DNA of 64,000 nt from Octopus vulgaris (taxonomy: Eukaryota), in contig OX597821.1 of assembly GCA_951406725.2 (NCBI GenBank), positions 98,208,001 to 98,272,000 of the forward strand. The letters run 5' to 3'. Numbering within the stretch: the first letter of the stretch is position 1; the number at the start of each line of letters is the position of its first letter. The notes under the pieces were generated by a model. The model saw nothing but the letters and a program-made list of their open reading frames with translations, had not been told where the DNA came from and made no database searches. Below are positions 27,230 through 40,082 of the stretch, piece after piece. Made by a program: the position numbers and the translations under genes.

Positions 27230-27307
27230 GGCATGGGTGCCTTTCACGTGTCACTGGCATGGGTGCCTTTCACGTGTCACTGGCATGGGTGCCTTTCACA
27301 TGTCACT
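27230..27307. repeat. 3 x 26-bp tandem repeat GGCATGGGTGCCTTTCACGTGTCACT
   Basis: Seen directly. It is a shortened form of the RTE-UTR unit, inside an old copy of that family. Confidence 0.85.
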
Positions 27308-27719
27308 AGCCCTTAATGTGTCACCAGCCCCGGCCACCATCCTCATTACAACTATAATGGTTTTTGATTTTGGGACAAGACCAGCAAATTTGGGAGGTGT
27401 ACTTGACTTGTCCATTATTTCATCAAACACTCAATAAAAAGTTGAACTCAGAAAGTAAAGAGCTGGAGCAAATACCACAAGGTATTCTGTCTGATAATCT
27501 AATGATTCTGCTAATCCACTGCCCTACTACTATTACTACTACAACTACTACTAATGGCCCATATCCTGCACAAGACACTTTTCAATTCAATGGCAAAACA
27601 ATCAGTACACACCTAGCACAACCTACACAAAACAAACATTTCATAATCACAGTGTGAAACTATATACAGGAAGTTGTGATAGGATGCATGTCCATACAAA
27701 GCAAACTTTTGGCATTTCA

Positions 27720-28400
27720 CAGTAGCAAGGAGTGGTTCTTGATTACTAATAAATTAAGTGACTTGCAACCTGAAAAAGGTGTTTGGTTTGTCCTGTGAAT
27801 ACAATATACAAAGCAGCTTTCCAAAGTACTTATCTTTGAATGCTTACATACTTTGTTCTGCATTGGCTGTAAATATCCAGCTTTCACATTCGTAGTGAAA
27901 GATTGCAGTTACAAGGGACTTGTACAGTCAAAGCATTGTGGAAAAAAGCTAATGGAATTGCATATCCATATGATGTTCACTTTTCCCATGGTAGATGTAA
28001 CCAGGCTGAATCTTGTTCTTATCTCTCTTATTGAACTGTTTCATTGGCTTAAAAGTGGATCCAAGGTATTTAAAGTTATCCACTTTGTCATTCAGTATGA
28101 GGTTGATTGCTGTGTTCTAGTTGCATCTGATAATCACAACCTTGATCTTTTCTCAACTGACCTCTGTTCCATATTTTACTAATGCTCTTTCTAGTTGGAG
28201 ACGGGAGAAGTTCCTGGAGTTCAGTTTTGCAGCATCGCAAAATATAGGTCGCAAAGAGGTTATATTTTGATGGAAATAAAGCAGAGATGTCACATAGTGT
28301 CTCTTGTAATATACTTTCTGGAGAGAGGTTGAAAAGAAGAGACAGATCAGACAAAGTTTAACTGTTGTCTTGAAGAGGTCTCTGATATAATTGTATTTTG
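27720..28400 (-). mobile_element. Decayed RTE-like LINE reverse-transcriptase fragment
   Basis: Minus strand VDNFKYLGS (about 28083-28057) plus surrounding RT-like residues. Frameshifted. Confidence 0.6.
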
Positions 28401-28768
28401 CCTGTTATTTCAGCCAGTTCTCAACCAATTTGGTGATCCACAGCCTTCTTCATCATCATCATCGTTTAACATCCATTTTCCATCCTGGCATTGTTGGATG
28501 GATTGACCGGGGACTGGCAAGCCGGGAAGATGCACCAGGCTACAATCTGATCTGGCAATGTTTCTATAGCTAGATACCCTTCCTAACGACAACCACTCTC
28601 TGTGTAGCGGGAGCTTTTTATGCGATAGCAACACAGGAACCAGTCAGGCAGTACTGGCATCAGCCACATTTCGATGGTCCTTTTTACATGCTATCGACCA
28701 CGTTTCGATGGTGCCTTTTACATGCCACCAGCACATATATATATGTGTGTATACGTATGTATATATAT

Positions 28769-28964
28769 AATCCGGCAGCTAAAGATCTACAATGTCTTGT
28801 ACAAAATTGGCAACTAAAACATTTACTGGTAATAGCCGGCTGTAGTTGTAACTGGGCTTCATGTACCTTTGCATGTCGTTTAAGTCCTCCTGCTGAATTA
28901 CACTCTCTTCCACATGCCCGACAGATATGATTAGTATGGTGTGTTACACCACCACCAGTGGCCA
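28769..28964 (-). pseudogene. Fragment encoding one complete and one truncated C2H2-type zinc finger, probably an RTE LINE C-terminus
   Basis: [21 protein letters not shown] fits C-x2-C-x12-H-x3-H, followed by CQFCTRHCRSL. Embedded in (TA/CA)n with no convincing splice sites. Confidence 0.55.
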
Positions 28965-29500
28965 TACATACATATACACATATATACATACATATACACA
29001 TATATACAGACATATATATATATACATATACATGCATATATATACATGCATATATATATACATATACATGCATATATATATATACATGCATATACATATA
29101 CATGCATATACATACATATATATATATGTATATATACATATATATATGTGTATATACATATATATATGTGTATATACATACACATAAACGTACATATATA
29201 TACACATACAAAAATATATCATCATCATCGTCTAACGTCCGCTTTCCGTACTAGCATGGGTTGGACGGTTCGACCGGGGTCTGGAAAGCCAGGAGGCTGC
29301 ACCAGGCTCCAGTCTGATCTGGCAATGTTTCTACAGCTGGATGCCCTTCCTAACACCAACCACTCCGTGAGTGTAGTGGGTGCTTTTTATGTGCCACCGG
29401 CACAGGTATCACAACTACTATTTCCATTTGATATTTATTTTGATATATATACACACACACATATATATATATATAGACACACATATATATATACACACAC

Positions 29501-29567
<67 letters not shown>

Positions 29568-29590
29568 TACATATATATAAATATATATAT
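28965..29590. repeat. Compound (TA)n/(CATA)n/(CA)n microsatellite, interrupted by a minus-strand RTE-UTR copy at 29218-29445
   Basis: Seen directly. It explains the Y/I/H/T-rich ORFs in the track. Confidence 0.95.
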
Positions 29591-30430
29591 TGCAAAGACC
29601 TATTGAGGCAAGTGAAATCAAAATTGCTGACATGGCTGATGACAGTATTGCCTGATTGGCACTCATGTCAGAGGAACGTTGAAAGCACATTCGAGTGTGA
29701 TTGTTGCCAGCGTGTGCCAGTGGTAAACAAAATTCAAGCGTGGTCGTTGACAGTGTCGCTGGACTGGCTCTCATGCAAGTAGCACATAAAAGACACCTTC
29801 TCAGGGAGGTCATTACCAGAACTGCCTGACTGGCCCTTGTGCCAGTGGAATGTACAAGCACCCACTAGAATAAGAATACTGATGATGATTTCTGATTTAT
29901 TTTAATATGAATTCTTAGCTAACCTGACCAGCTGCTGGTAAATCTATGAGAAGCGAAGCATAGTGTCTGGTCCAAATGCTTTGTACAGAGAAAAACTCTG
30001 CTAAAAGTAACCAAGATTCAGGTCATTGCATTACACCAACCTACACCTTTTTATTATTCCTTTGAAATAATAATATTAATAATTTGTAACTTAGGCACAA
30101 TGTCACACAGTTTGTAAGAGGGTTTATAATTAATTAGTCCAAGTTCATAACTTGTACAAATATTAATCCAATCAGGGTTTTGCACTCAAAAGGGCCCTAA
30201 CTAAATATTGCAAGATACATTTATACACATATCAGTGTCACACCTGCCCACACACCAAACACTCCCTCTATATAAACTTACACCAATCACACTGGTCCAC
30301 CCTGTAGACACTAACTTACAATCACAGTTAAACTCTGCCCCCCCCCCCCCCCCAAACACCACTCACTGCTAACCCCTACCACACTTCCTTATACACAACT
30401 AGCCAATGAGATGTTTGACAAATTACACAC

Positions 30431-30511
30431 CAGATGTTGGTCATCCAGATGGAAAGAGGGCAGCAACAGATCAACATTAGATAACAGGTCCCGTAAAGCA
30501 CCTCCAATTTT
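30431..30511 (-). CDS. PTK2: FAK FAT-domain exon 2 (81 nt): KIGGALRDLLSNVDLLLPSFHLDDQHL
   Basis: Acceptor tttttcAG, donor GTGTGT. Aligns with human EVGLALRTLLATVDETIPLLPASTHRE, also 27 aa. Confidence 0.93.
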
Positions 30512-30611
30512 CTGAAAAAGACAAACAGTTTTAAAGATAAAAAATCCTCCAATATGCAAGCAAACAAAATAATTATGCAATCACAATCAATCCAATTGTA
30601 GCTGATTATAA

Positions 30612-31323
30612 TCTTTATATATATATAAAACTGAGAATGTGTGTCTGTCTGTCTGTGTGTTTCCCTAAAACTTGAGAACTACACAACTAATTTCATTCAA
30701 ATTTTACACATGCCTTACTTAGGGTCCATGTAGTTTCATGGGCAAAAAAAATGTTCAACTTCTTGCCTAGAGCGAGCCCATAGCAATATCATATCTTCTC
30801 CACTATTTCAGTATTACGTGTTAAAAGTGAAACAAAAATATTTCTCTATTTTATGTCAGATGCTTTCACTTTAACAATAAAAATAATAACAATTGAATTA
30901 TATGTAGTAAGCTAATAATTAAAATCAAACTAAAGTATAATATAAGTAAAAATAGCAATTGGTATAAAATTACATCAATGACTCGAACTTGAATAAGTGG
31001 TTTCACATGAATGGGAATTAAATTAAAAATAAAATTAGCGTGCAGAAATGGAATAGTCCAGATGGATAATAAAAAAATTAAATTAAAGAAAAGACTATTG
31101 TCTATAAAGTATACAATGTATAGAAAAAAAAAGAGCTAACAATTCCAGTCTGTTATATATTTTGAGTATTGTTATCACTAGCGATATCAAGATATAACTT
31201 TCTATTTTGCATTTTATGTGTAGATGTATATATATAGATGTACATGTAATATGTACACATATATATACACATATATACATGCACTAGCACTATGACCCAG
31301 CAACGACGGGTCTTTAATGCTAG
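30612..31323 (+). mobile_element. Non-autonomous Helitron
   Basis: Inserted between A and T. 5' TC terminus (TCTTTATATATATAAAA), internal (GTCT)n, subterminal hairpin GACCC...GGGTC (31294-31312) and 3' CTAG. Confidence 0.8.
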
Positions 31324-31479
31324 TAATTATTAATATTGCATTTTTTTTCTCGGGATGGTTCTTATCATCTGGTCATTTTTCTGCTTCATAAGCAGGCTAC
31401 AACCAGGAGTTTTAGGTATCAAAACGCCTCCTCCTTGCCTTTTCTATTCCTTTTAGTGAATCTATCATTGAATATCCTT

Positions 31480-31815
31480 TGTAATATAATGCTGTTCTGA
31501 ATAAGCAAACTATTCATAAGACATCTATCTCATACTATAGTCTGATCTTCAGCTATTTTGCAATGTTGTCCTTCAATATCTCTAATGTTCCTGTGATTAC
31601 TGGCATGACAGTTACTACCTATTTTCCAGACTTTAATGATTTCATATTTCAACTTCTTATAAGTTGTCAACTTTTCTGCTTCTTTACATTCTATTCATGT
31701 GTTGAACAGATATGCTGGATCAAAAAATTTTATCAGTGACAATGATGTCACGTTTGTTGGGTTCTAAGCATTTTATCTGCTTGAATGGAAAATTCCCACA
31801 AAATTTGGCACCTAT
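31480..31815 (-). mobile_element. Decayed R4/Dong-like LINE (REL endonuclease region)
   Basis: ILWEFSIQADK (compare KILWDFxIQTD) and VMPVITGTL on the minus strand. Next to (ATT)n. Confidence 0.55.
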
Positions 31816-32929
31816 CATTATTATTATTATTAAGCCAGAACTGTTAACATGGCAGACAAAATGGTTAGTGGCATTTCATCTGTCTTAGCATTCTGACTAA
31901 CAGGGTTGATAAAATGAGTACCAGTCACATACTGGGGTCAGTGTAATCAACCCATCCCCCCCACAAAAATTTCAGGCCTTGTGCCTATAGTAGAAAGGAT
32001 TCTCATTATTATCATTAAGGTGGCAAACTGGCAGAATTGTTAGCACTTTGGATAAAATGCTTAGTGGCATTTCTTCCAGCTCTTTATATTTTGAATTCAA
32101 ATACCATCAAAATAAACTTTGCTTTTATCCTTTTGTGTCAATAAAATAAGGTACCGGTCATGTACTGGGGGTCAATGTAATTGACTAACTTCTTGGTCTA
32201 GTGTGAAATTAGAAATTATTATCATTATATTGTTACGTAGAACTGATGGGCAAAATAGTCTAAGGTGTTTGGTTATGTCCCCTTATGTTCTGAGTTCAAA
32301 TCATACCAGAGTTTTGAGTGTATTTCATTGTTCCAAGGCCAATTGATAATCAACTACTGGGATTGACATTATCAACTATAATTCTTGTCCCCAAATTTGT
32401 GACTGACTTTATATTAAAAATTATTGTCATTGTTCTTTGGATTGATTTGCGTTACATTTCTAGTAATATTAGTTAATATCCCTTCAGACCTTACCTTTGT
32501 CTCGACCACAATAACATATTGCAACCTCTCCCTGCCTCTTGGATTACTACTACTACTATGGCTTCTGATATTTTGAACTAGTGTGACTTTTACCCAAAGT
32601 TACCCTAATGAACCGGCATCTCCTCTATTCAGTTCCCAGCAATAAGCATCATCAACACAAATCCTAGACACTTCACTTCTGCTTCCATGAATAGAATTCT
32701 GGTGTGACCTAAGCTTTTGTTAGGTTGTCCTCTCTAAAGTCACTCTAAATGTTAAACCTTATCATAACAGATGAGCTCTCCAGGTGAAATCACAAACAGA
32801 ACAGAACTAAAACTGCATCCCAAAAGTCATCCTTTTCCTTTAGAGTAAATGACTTTCTACAAATCTTAAGTGAGATCAACAATGGAATGCTGTCCACCCA
32901 TCAGGAAACAGCAGCTGCTATGGCTGTTA

Positions 32930-33280
32930 CATCATCATTTTGCGTCCGCTTTCCATGCTAGCATGGGTTGGACGGTTCAACTGGGGTCTGGGAAGCCAGA
33001 AGGCTGCACCAGGCCCAGTCTGATCTGGCAATGTTTCTACAGCTGGATGCCCTTCTTAACGCCAACCACTCCGTGAGTGTAGTGGGTGCTTTTTACGTGC
33101 CACCAGCACAGGTGCCAGATGGGGCTGGCAAACGGCCACGATCGTATGGTGCTTTTTATGTGCCACCGGCACGGAGGCCAGTCGGGGCGGAGCTGGCAAT
33201 GGCCACGGTCGGGTGGTGTGGGGCCAGGCGAGGCTGGCAACAGCCACAATCGGATGGTGCTTTTTACGTGCCACCAGCAC
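32930..33280 (-). mobile_element. RTE 3'-UTR-derived repeat
   Basis: Same family as 7554-8213, reverse orientation. Confidence 0.85.
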
Positions 33281-33795
33281 GCGCATATGAAAATCCATCA
33301 CAACCAAAAGAAAGGAACTCACCTGAATGGCAAGGACTTAGTTCACTCACACTTCTAATTCACATCAATCTCAGTGGGAACCAAAATCATAAAAAAAATG
33401 TACCATTCAAAATGGCCTAAGCATATGACTGGTACTTCGTTCCACTGACGTTAGAAAGCCAAGAGGCAGAGTCAGTGACAGCAAGATCTGAACTCAAACA
33501 GATGCAACTAAATATGCATAGCATTTTTTTTGCCTCTACTCTATCAGCTCTCTTTCACCACCATCAGAACAATGATCATGACAATGCTGACGAAATGAGG
33601 TTTCCTAGTACTGGCACAGAGCCACAAAGAGAAAGAGAGAGAAGGGAGTCCAATCTAACTGATCTTTTATTTTACCAACCCTAGGAAGAAGACAGTCAAA
33701 TCTAATCCCAGCCAAATAATAATAAAAACAAAAAAGAAGAAAAATAGAATGGGGAAAAGAACAAGAATGGATCTGAAGTGGAGAGGATGCCTTAC

Positions 33796-33936
33796 CTGTA
33801 CAAAGTCAATATAGTCGTCTGGTCTTACCAAATGAGCCACTCTGGTCAGTTCCATGACAGCTCGCACCACATTAGTAGTACTTTCATATACTAAGTCATT
33901 AGTACGATCCATTTCAGCAGTTGGTGGAATCTGGTT
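33796..33936 (-). CDS. PTK2: FAK FAT-domain exon 1 (141 nt): NQIPPTAEMDRTNDLVYESTTNVVRAVMELTRVAHLVRPDDYIDFVQ
   Basis: Acceptor ttttgttAG, donor CAG|GTAAG. Aligns with human PPPTANLDRSNDKVYENVTGLVKAVIEM...PEEYVPMVK. Confidence 0.95.
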
Positions 33937-35677
33937 CTAACAAAAAGAGATGAAAAAAATCATAACTATTGAACACATCATCCTACAGCGCCTCTATTGA
34001 ATCTCTAAAACCCCAAATTACTTTTTCACAATAGAGCAATAGCTAATGAACACATGGTCATAGGTTATACTCTGACTGGCAAAAACTCACTCACTAATAC
34101 ATTACATTTTTTACCCACAGATACAGAGTCTCCTCATTGACTATTCTACTGGTACTACAATGGTCTTTGCTTCTCAGGACTAGCAAGTTACATATGACTT
34201 CAACATAGGGTACACCTATCTCTCTAAATATAAATCATCATCATCATTGTTTGACATCCGTTTTCCATGCTAGCATGGGTTGGACGGTTCAACTGGGGTC
34301 TGGGAAGCCAGAAGGCTGCGCCAGGCCTAGTCAGATCTGGCAGTGTTTCTACAGCTGGATGCCCTGCCTAATGCCAACCACTCCGTGAGTGTAGAGGGTG
34401 CTTTTTACGTGCTACCAGCACAGGGGCCAGACAAGGCTGGCAACGGCCAAGTGCAAGCATGGCTGTGTGACCATGAAGTTTGCTTTGCAACTATGTGGTT
34501 TTGGGTTCAGTCCCACTATGCAACACACTGGGCAAGCATCTATTGTATCCTCAAGCCAACCAATGCCTCAGAAAGCATTCAATAGACAGAAACTGTATGA
34601 AGCCTGTCATGAATGTAGACATTGTGCTTCACAAGAAAAAATGCTGAGTAACAAACACAAATCTGTTGCATTGCCTGTCAACAAATTATATGCTGGCTCT
34701 GTGCTGTGGAAGACAAGGAATAAAGAAAAAATCCTTTATTTGAAAAAAAAAAAGATAAGGGTTAACAACAAAAAGAACACACCTATAAAATAATGACTCA
34801 ATAATATTTGTCTAACCCCCATGTTAGCACTGAAAAACATGTAAAACAAATGAACAAACTATTTCTCCTCTGTTTCACTGTGCTTCACACTTCCTGCTCC
34901 TATTTTTCCAACATATTAACTTACAGAAGAACCAACATGGGTCATGAGCAATTCCCCTTTCCTGCCGACTAAGCTATGCAGAAAAAAACAAATAAGTTGG
35001 CACCCAGTTGTAGTTTAGCTTGAAACCTCCCTAAGGATCATGTAGAGTTGAAATTACAATTCAACTGTTAATGACTACAGATACCTGCCCCCACTCTCAC
35101 CACTTTCCCCTACCTATCTAATGGTCATTTTAGCAACATTTAAACCCTACTGCTTTCACCAATCAACTTCAATGCATAAATATATTCATTACAAGAAAAA
35201 TGAAACAAGAGAAACAAAGAGTTGTTTTACCGACCACTCACACCTAATTATATCATCTGTATGTATACATAGAGATGGCCGAATTGATCAAAAAGATCAG
35301 TAGTTTATATCATATCACCAATAATGAGTGTGCCTTTGGCTAATTATCCCACAAATATCCAGTCCACTGGGGCTGGTGGAAAAGTTCACTGATGTAAAAA
35401 AAAGTGTTAACATTATTGCCTTAAATTACTGAGTTGGACTGTTCCTGTGGGAATAGCTTGACTCGTACAGTGTCACAGGATACTATAACTCACTATACAG
35501 TGTCTATGACTGCAACATTCAGCTCCAACTCAGATACATTGGATAATGCAATTCTTGATTGAATATATCAGATAACACAACAAACAGGTTGGACACAGCT
35601 CAAACATCTTTGATCACAAGCTTACAAGACCTGAATAGCTTTGAGCCAAATAACTACATATACTAAATGTTACATAT

Positions 35678-35716
<39 letters not shown>

Positions 35717-35720
<4 letters not shown>

Positions 35721-36097
35721 GCAGGAGTGGCTGTGTGGTAAGTAGCTTGCTAACCAACCATATTGTTCCGGGTTCAGACCCACTGCATGGCACCTTGGGC
35801 AAGTGTCTTCTGCTATAGCCCCGGGCCGACCAATGCTTTGTGAGTGGATTTGGTAGACGGAAAAGGAAAGAAGCCTGTCGTATATATGTATATATATATA
35901 TGTATATGTGTTTGTGTGTCTGTCTCCCTAGCATTGCTTGACAACTGATGCTGGTGTGTTTATGTCTCCGTTACTTAGCGGTTCGGCAAAAGAGACCGAT
36001 AGAATAAGTACTGGGCTTACAAAGAATAAGTCCCGAGGTCGATTTGCTTGACTAAAGGCGGTCAAATGACTGAAACAAGTAAAAGAGAGTAAAGAGT
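35717..36097 (+). mobile_element. Family A composite SINE, followed by a minus-strand RTE-UTR piece at 36105-36258
   Basis: Head, core, microsatellite and tail as in the other copies, with a small deletion in the tail. Confidence 0.9.
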
Positions 36098-36419
36098 ATA
36101 TATATCATCATCATCATCATCATCATCATCACTTAGCGTCCGTTTTCCATGCTAGCATGGGTTGGACGGTTCAACTGGGGTCTGTGAAGCTGGAAGGCTT
36201 CATCAGGCCCAGTCAGATCTGGCAGTGTTTCTACGGCTGGATGCCCTTCCTAACGCCATTATATATATATATATAATGAAACAAAGAAATGTCAATGCAG
36301 TTACTTCATCTGCTAGAAATAATAGTTAAATATTCCCTATCTTTGTAGCCCAAGGCACACCACGTTAGAATAAAGACAGAATAGTCACAGCTAGAAAACA
36401 CTTCATTAATAAGCCTGTT

Positions 36420-36900
36420 GTAATAATAATAATAATAATAATAATAATTGTGTACAGTGCTCAGGTGCACTACAACTCATCTAAAGTGTATATATAATCA
36501 GGTGTAGTTTCGGCGGATTTCGGAAAGCATGGCAGTGTCATGGCAGTCAACAACTGACGCAGGCAGTTTATTCCATGCTTCAGCAACTCTGAGCGTGAAA
36601 AAATGTTTCCGAAAGTCATGGGAGCTGTATTGTTTTCTGACTTTGTAGGCATGTCCACGTGTGTTAGACACACGGAGATCAAAAAGGTGTTCAGTGTTGT
36701 TGTTGGTGAGGTGGTTGATAACTTTGTGGGTGTTTACCAAGTCCGTCGCCAAACGCCGGAGCTTCAGTGAATCCATGCCCAGGGAAACAAGGCGCTCAGA
36801 ATATGGTAGGTGTCTGATGGAGGGTATGCGTTTGGTTGCACGTCTCTGGACAGATTCCAGGAGGTCATTGTTCTGTGCAAGATAGGGGTTCCAAACTGAT
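36420..36900 (-). mobile_element. 5'-truncated CR1-type LINE with (ATT)n tail
   Basis: NPYLAQN...LESVQRRATKRIP...YSERL...LRRLATDL...TRGH...HFFTLRVAEAWNKLP is a canonical CR1 ORF2 C-terminus. Confidence 0.93.
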
Positions 36901-37586
36901 GATTTGTATTCAGGACTAACTTAGATTTAAGTAATAACAAAAAGAGAAGACCATTTCTGTACTTTATTTTATATTAATTCCCTGTGTACACACATACACA
37001 ACCCATACACTAACATAAAACATCATCTTTATAGCAAGTAAAACAAATATACAAAGTTAAAGGAAATAGACATTTTCATCATAATATCAGAGATACAAAA
37101 TGACTAATCTGAATAGCCAAGCATGCAGTCAATTTAACAATGTTAGTGATTAGATTAAACATGATCAATTCTAATAAAATTAGCTTACAAACATCAAGAT
37201 TTTAAAGTCTGTTCAGGAGATCTACAATAGATTTTATCAATACTTCAGAAGTGGAAAAATTATTCTCAAACTGTTTTAACAAGCAATTTTCATCTTTCAT
37301 AGTGAAATGTTTAAACTTAATTTAAGTTTCAAACCAAAAACAATGCTAAATTTTCAGGAAGTAAACGTGCTAAACAAACTAATTCTAAGTTGATCGATTA
37401 ATGGAATAATGGCTGGAATCTTAACAATACTTGTTTTTTTTTAATTTCTTCAAAATGTTAGATTCATTATCAAACTACCTAACTAATGCTAATTATCGCA
37501 AAGCAAAACCAAATTTTGATATGAACAAGAGAGGTGCAATTAACAGAATTTAAAAGAATTCAGCTGATTAATGTTCCAGACTATTG

Positions 37587-37952
37587 ACTCTTTACTCTTT
37601 TACTTGTTTCAGTCATTTGACTGTGGCCATGCTGGAGCACCGCTTTTTAGTCGAGCAAATCGACCCCGGGACTTATTCTTTGTAAGCCCAGTACTTATTC
37701 TATCGGTCTCTTTTGCCGAACCGCTAAGTGACGGGGACGTAAACACACCAGCTAGAGGGACAAACACAGACATATATATATATATATACAACAGGCTTCT
37801 TTCAGTTTCCATCTACCAAATCCACTCACAAGGCATTGGTCGGCCCGGGGCTATAGCAGAAGACACTTGCCCAAGATGACACGCAGTGGGACTGAACCCA
37901 GAACCATGTGGTTGGTTGGCAAGCTACTTACCACACTGCCACTCCTGCGCCT
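37587..37952 (-). mobile_element. Family A composite SINE
   Basis: Reverse-complement copy of the family. Confidence 0.9.
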
Positions 37953-38281
37953 ATATCTTTTACACTATATTTTACACTATATCTTTTACACTATATTTTC
38001 ATAATATTTACATCTAGTACTACATTTCTATCTGTTTGATCTTTGGTTATCATCTGTATAAGTAAATGATCTAGATTAAATTTAAACTAGGTAGCTTTAT
38101 TTCTAAACCATAGGTGTTGATAGCATTATTTACTGAGACACTGATGTAATATACCACTAACTGAAACAATGTGTATATAAATACACTACAAATATAAACA
38201 TAGTGTAGATGTGAATATATACAGTAAAGATGAGGTTAATAATCCAGAAAATTATATTCTTAATAACAATAAATAAATAAT

Positions 38282-38660
38282 AGACGCAGGAGTGGTTGTG
38301 TGGTAAGTAGCTTGCTTACCAACCACATGGTTCTGGGTTCAGTCCCACTGCGTGGCATCTTGGGCAAGTGTCTTCTGCTATAGCCCCGGGCCGACCAATG
38401 CCTTGTGAGTGGATTTGGTAGACGGAAACTGAAAGAAGCCTGTCGTATATATGTATGTGTGTGTGTATATGTTTGTGTGTCTGTGTTTGTCACCCTAGCA
38501 TTGCTTGACAACCGATGCTGGTGTGTTTACGTCCCCGTCACTTAGTGGTTCAGCAAAAGAGACCTTACAAAGAATAAGTCCCGGGGTTGATTTGCTTGAC
38601 TAAAGGCGGTGCTCCAGCATGGCCACAGTCAAATGACTGAAACAAGTAAAAGAGTAAAGA
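38282..38660 (+). mobile_element. Family A composite SINE
   Basis: Forward copy, head-to-head with 37587-37952. Confidence 0.9.
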
Positions 38661-39328
38661 GGAGTAACTTTAAGTAGTTTGAAGATTTTATCATTCACAT
38701 CAAACAAAAAGAAGCCATTTTTCAACTACAACATCTTTTCTACTAAATATCTTCAATCAATACCCAAATCACTTAACTGTCACTAACCTAATCCACCTAA
38801 CTGTAAGTAGATACCAAAAATAGAGTTCACTATACTGTGTCCATAAGCCAACACAATTGTTATTCCTGTTGTTCTCACGGAGTGGTTGGCGTTAGGAAGG
38901 GCATCCAGCCGTAGAAACACTGCCAGATTTGACTGGGCCTGATGAAGCCTTCTGGCTTCACAGACCCCAGTAGAACCGTCCAACCCATGCTAGCATGGAA
39001 AACGGACGCTAAACGATGATGATGATGATGTTCTCTGTACAGTTCTTCATAGCTATATTTAAGTAAAAATTAAAATGTCTCCTAAGCCACAAAGACTTCT
39101 GTATTTGTCTCTGGTTTTATTGTAAGAAGTGTGGTGGAGAGAACACGAGTGTTGCATATAACATTCCCAGACACTAATGACTGATGGGGAGGTAGATTTA
39201 GGCAATATAGAATATATATTGTTCTTTGGTTTGAATATTTTAGCACCTTTCTTTAATTTAGGATTGATAGGTTTCTTACTTTCCATTAACATTATTCTTG
39301 CTATTATATATATATATATATATATATA

Positions 39329-40072
39329 ATATATTATATTATTGATATATAGGTGGATTATGTGTTTGTATTACTAGATTGAAGTTAATTAGGTATTATA
39401 TTATTTGATATTTAGTCTATTTTGTTATAGTTTGTAATATTAAATCCATAGATACTACATATGTATAGTTATATGGTTAGCTTATGTAAGGAGTTTGTCT
39501 ATATTTGAAACATTTCTTATTTTGATTACAATTTAATGACTTTTTATAGCTTTGTGTTTTTTTATTTAATTTTAAAGTATCTAATTATTGAATGATTATT
39601 TTATTTTTCAATTATGTATATTTAGAATTTTCATATACATATATATTTATATATATGTGTATATATATATATATATATATTAAAGTATATATATTAATTA
39701 GTTATTTTATTGTTCTATTATATTTTAACCTGATGAGCGACTATATTTATATGCAAATGATTTATCTACTACTATAATCATTTCTTAAATATAGCAGTGA
39801 AACACGTGTAGTTTTTCTACCTATTTTATACATTACATTATTCTTGGAATTTACTTAATCTTTACTTTTTAATTGTTATTTTAATTTTAACTTTTCTATT
39901 ATATGTAATTTTCTAGATGGTGTAATTTAATTATTCATTTTGAATTGATAAAAGGTGGTTTTTTTCTAATATTTTATATATATTATATTGTGTGGAATTT
40001 GATTTAGTATTTCTAAGTTGAATTCTTTTTTCTTGTAAGTTTGGATTTTATTCCCTCAAATAATAATTATTA
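39329..40072 (+). mobile_element. Very AT-rich insert between (TA)n tracts; probable Penelope-like pseudo-LTR
   Basis: Contains a minimal hammerhead motif (39727-39813) and has (TA)n on both sides. No coding remnant seen. Confidence 0.6.
39727..39813 (+). ncRNA. Minimal type I hammerhead ribozyme motif (Penelope type)
   Basis: aac-CTGATGA-[gcga ctatattta...taaatatag cagt]-GAAA-C-ACGT-G-TA-gtt: both core boxes, stem I aac/gtt, 9-bp stem II extension and a palindromic loop III. Confidence 0.7.
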
Positions 40073-40082
40073 TATATATATA

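Noticed and set aside
28684-29861. Long ORFs of up to 221 aa rich in Y/I/H/T/C/V
   Set aside because: Translations of (TA)/(CA) microsatellites, which lack stop codons. Only the zinc-finger piece is non-repetitive.
39059-39292. 77-aa Lys-rich ORF on the FAK strand
   Set aside because: No suitable splice sites or FAK similarity, and the exon chain is already in phase without it.
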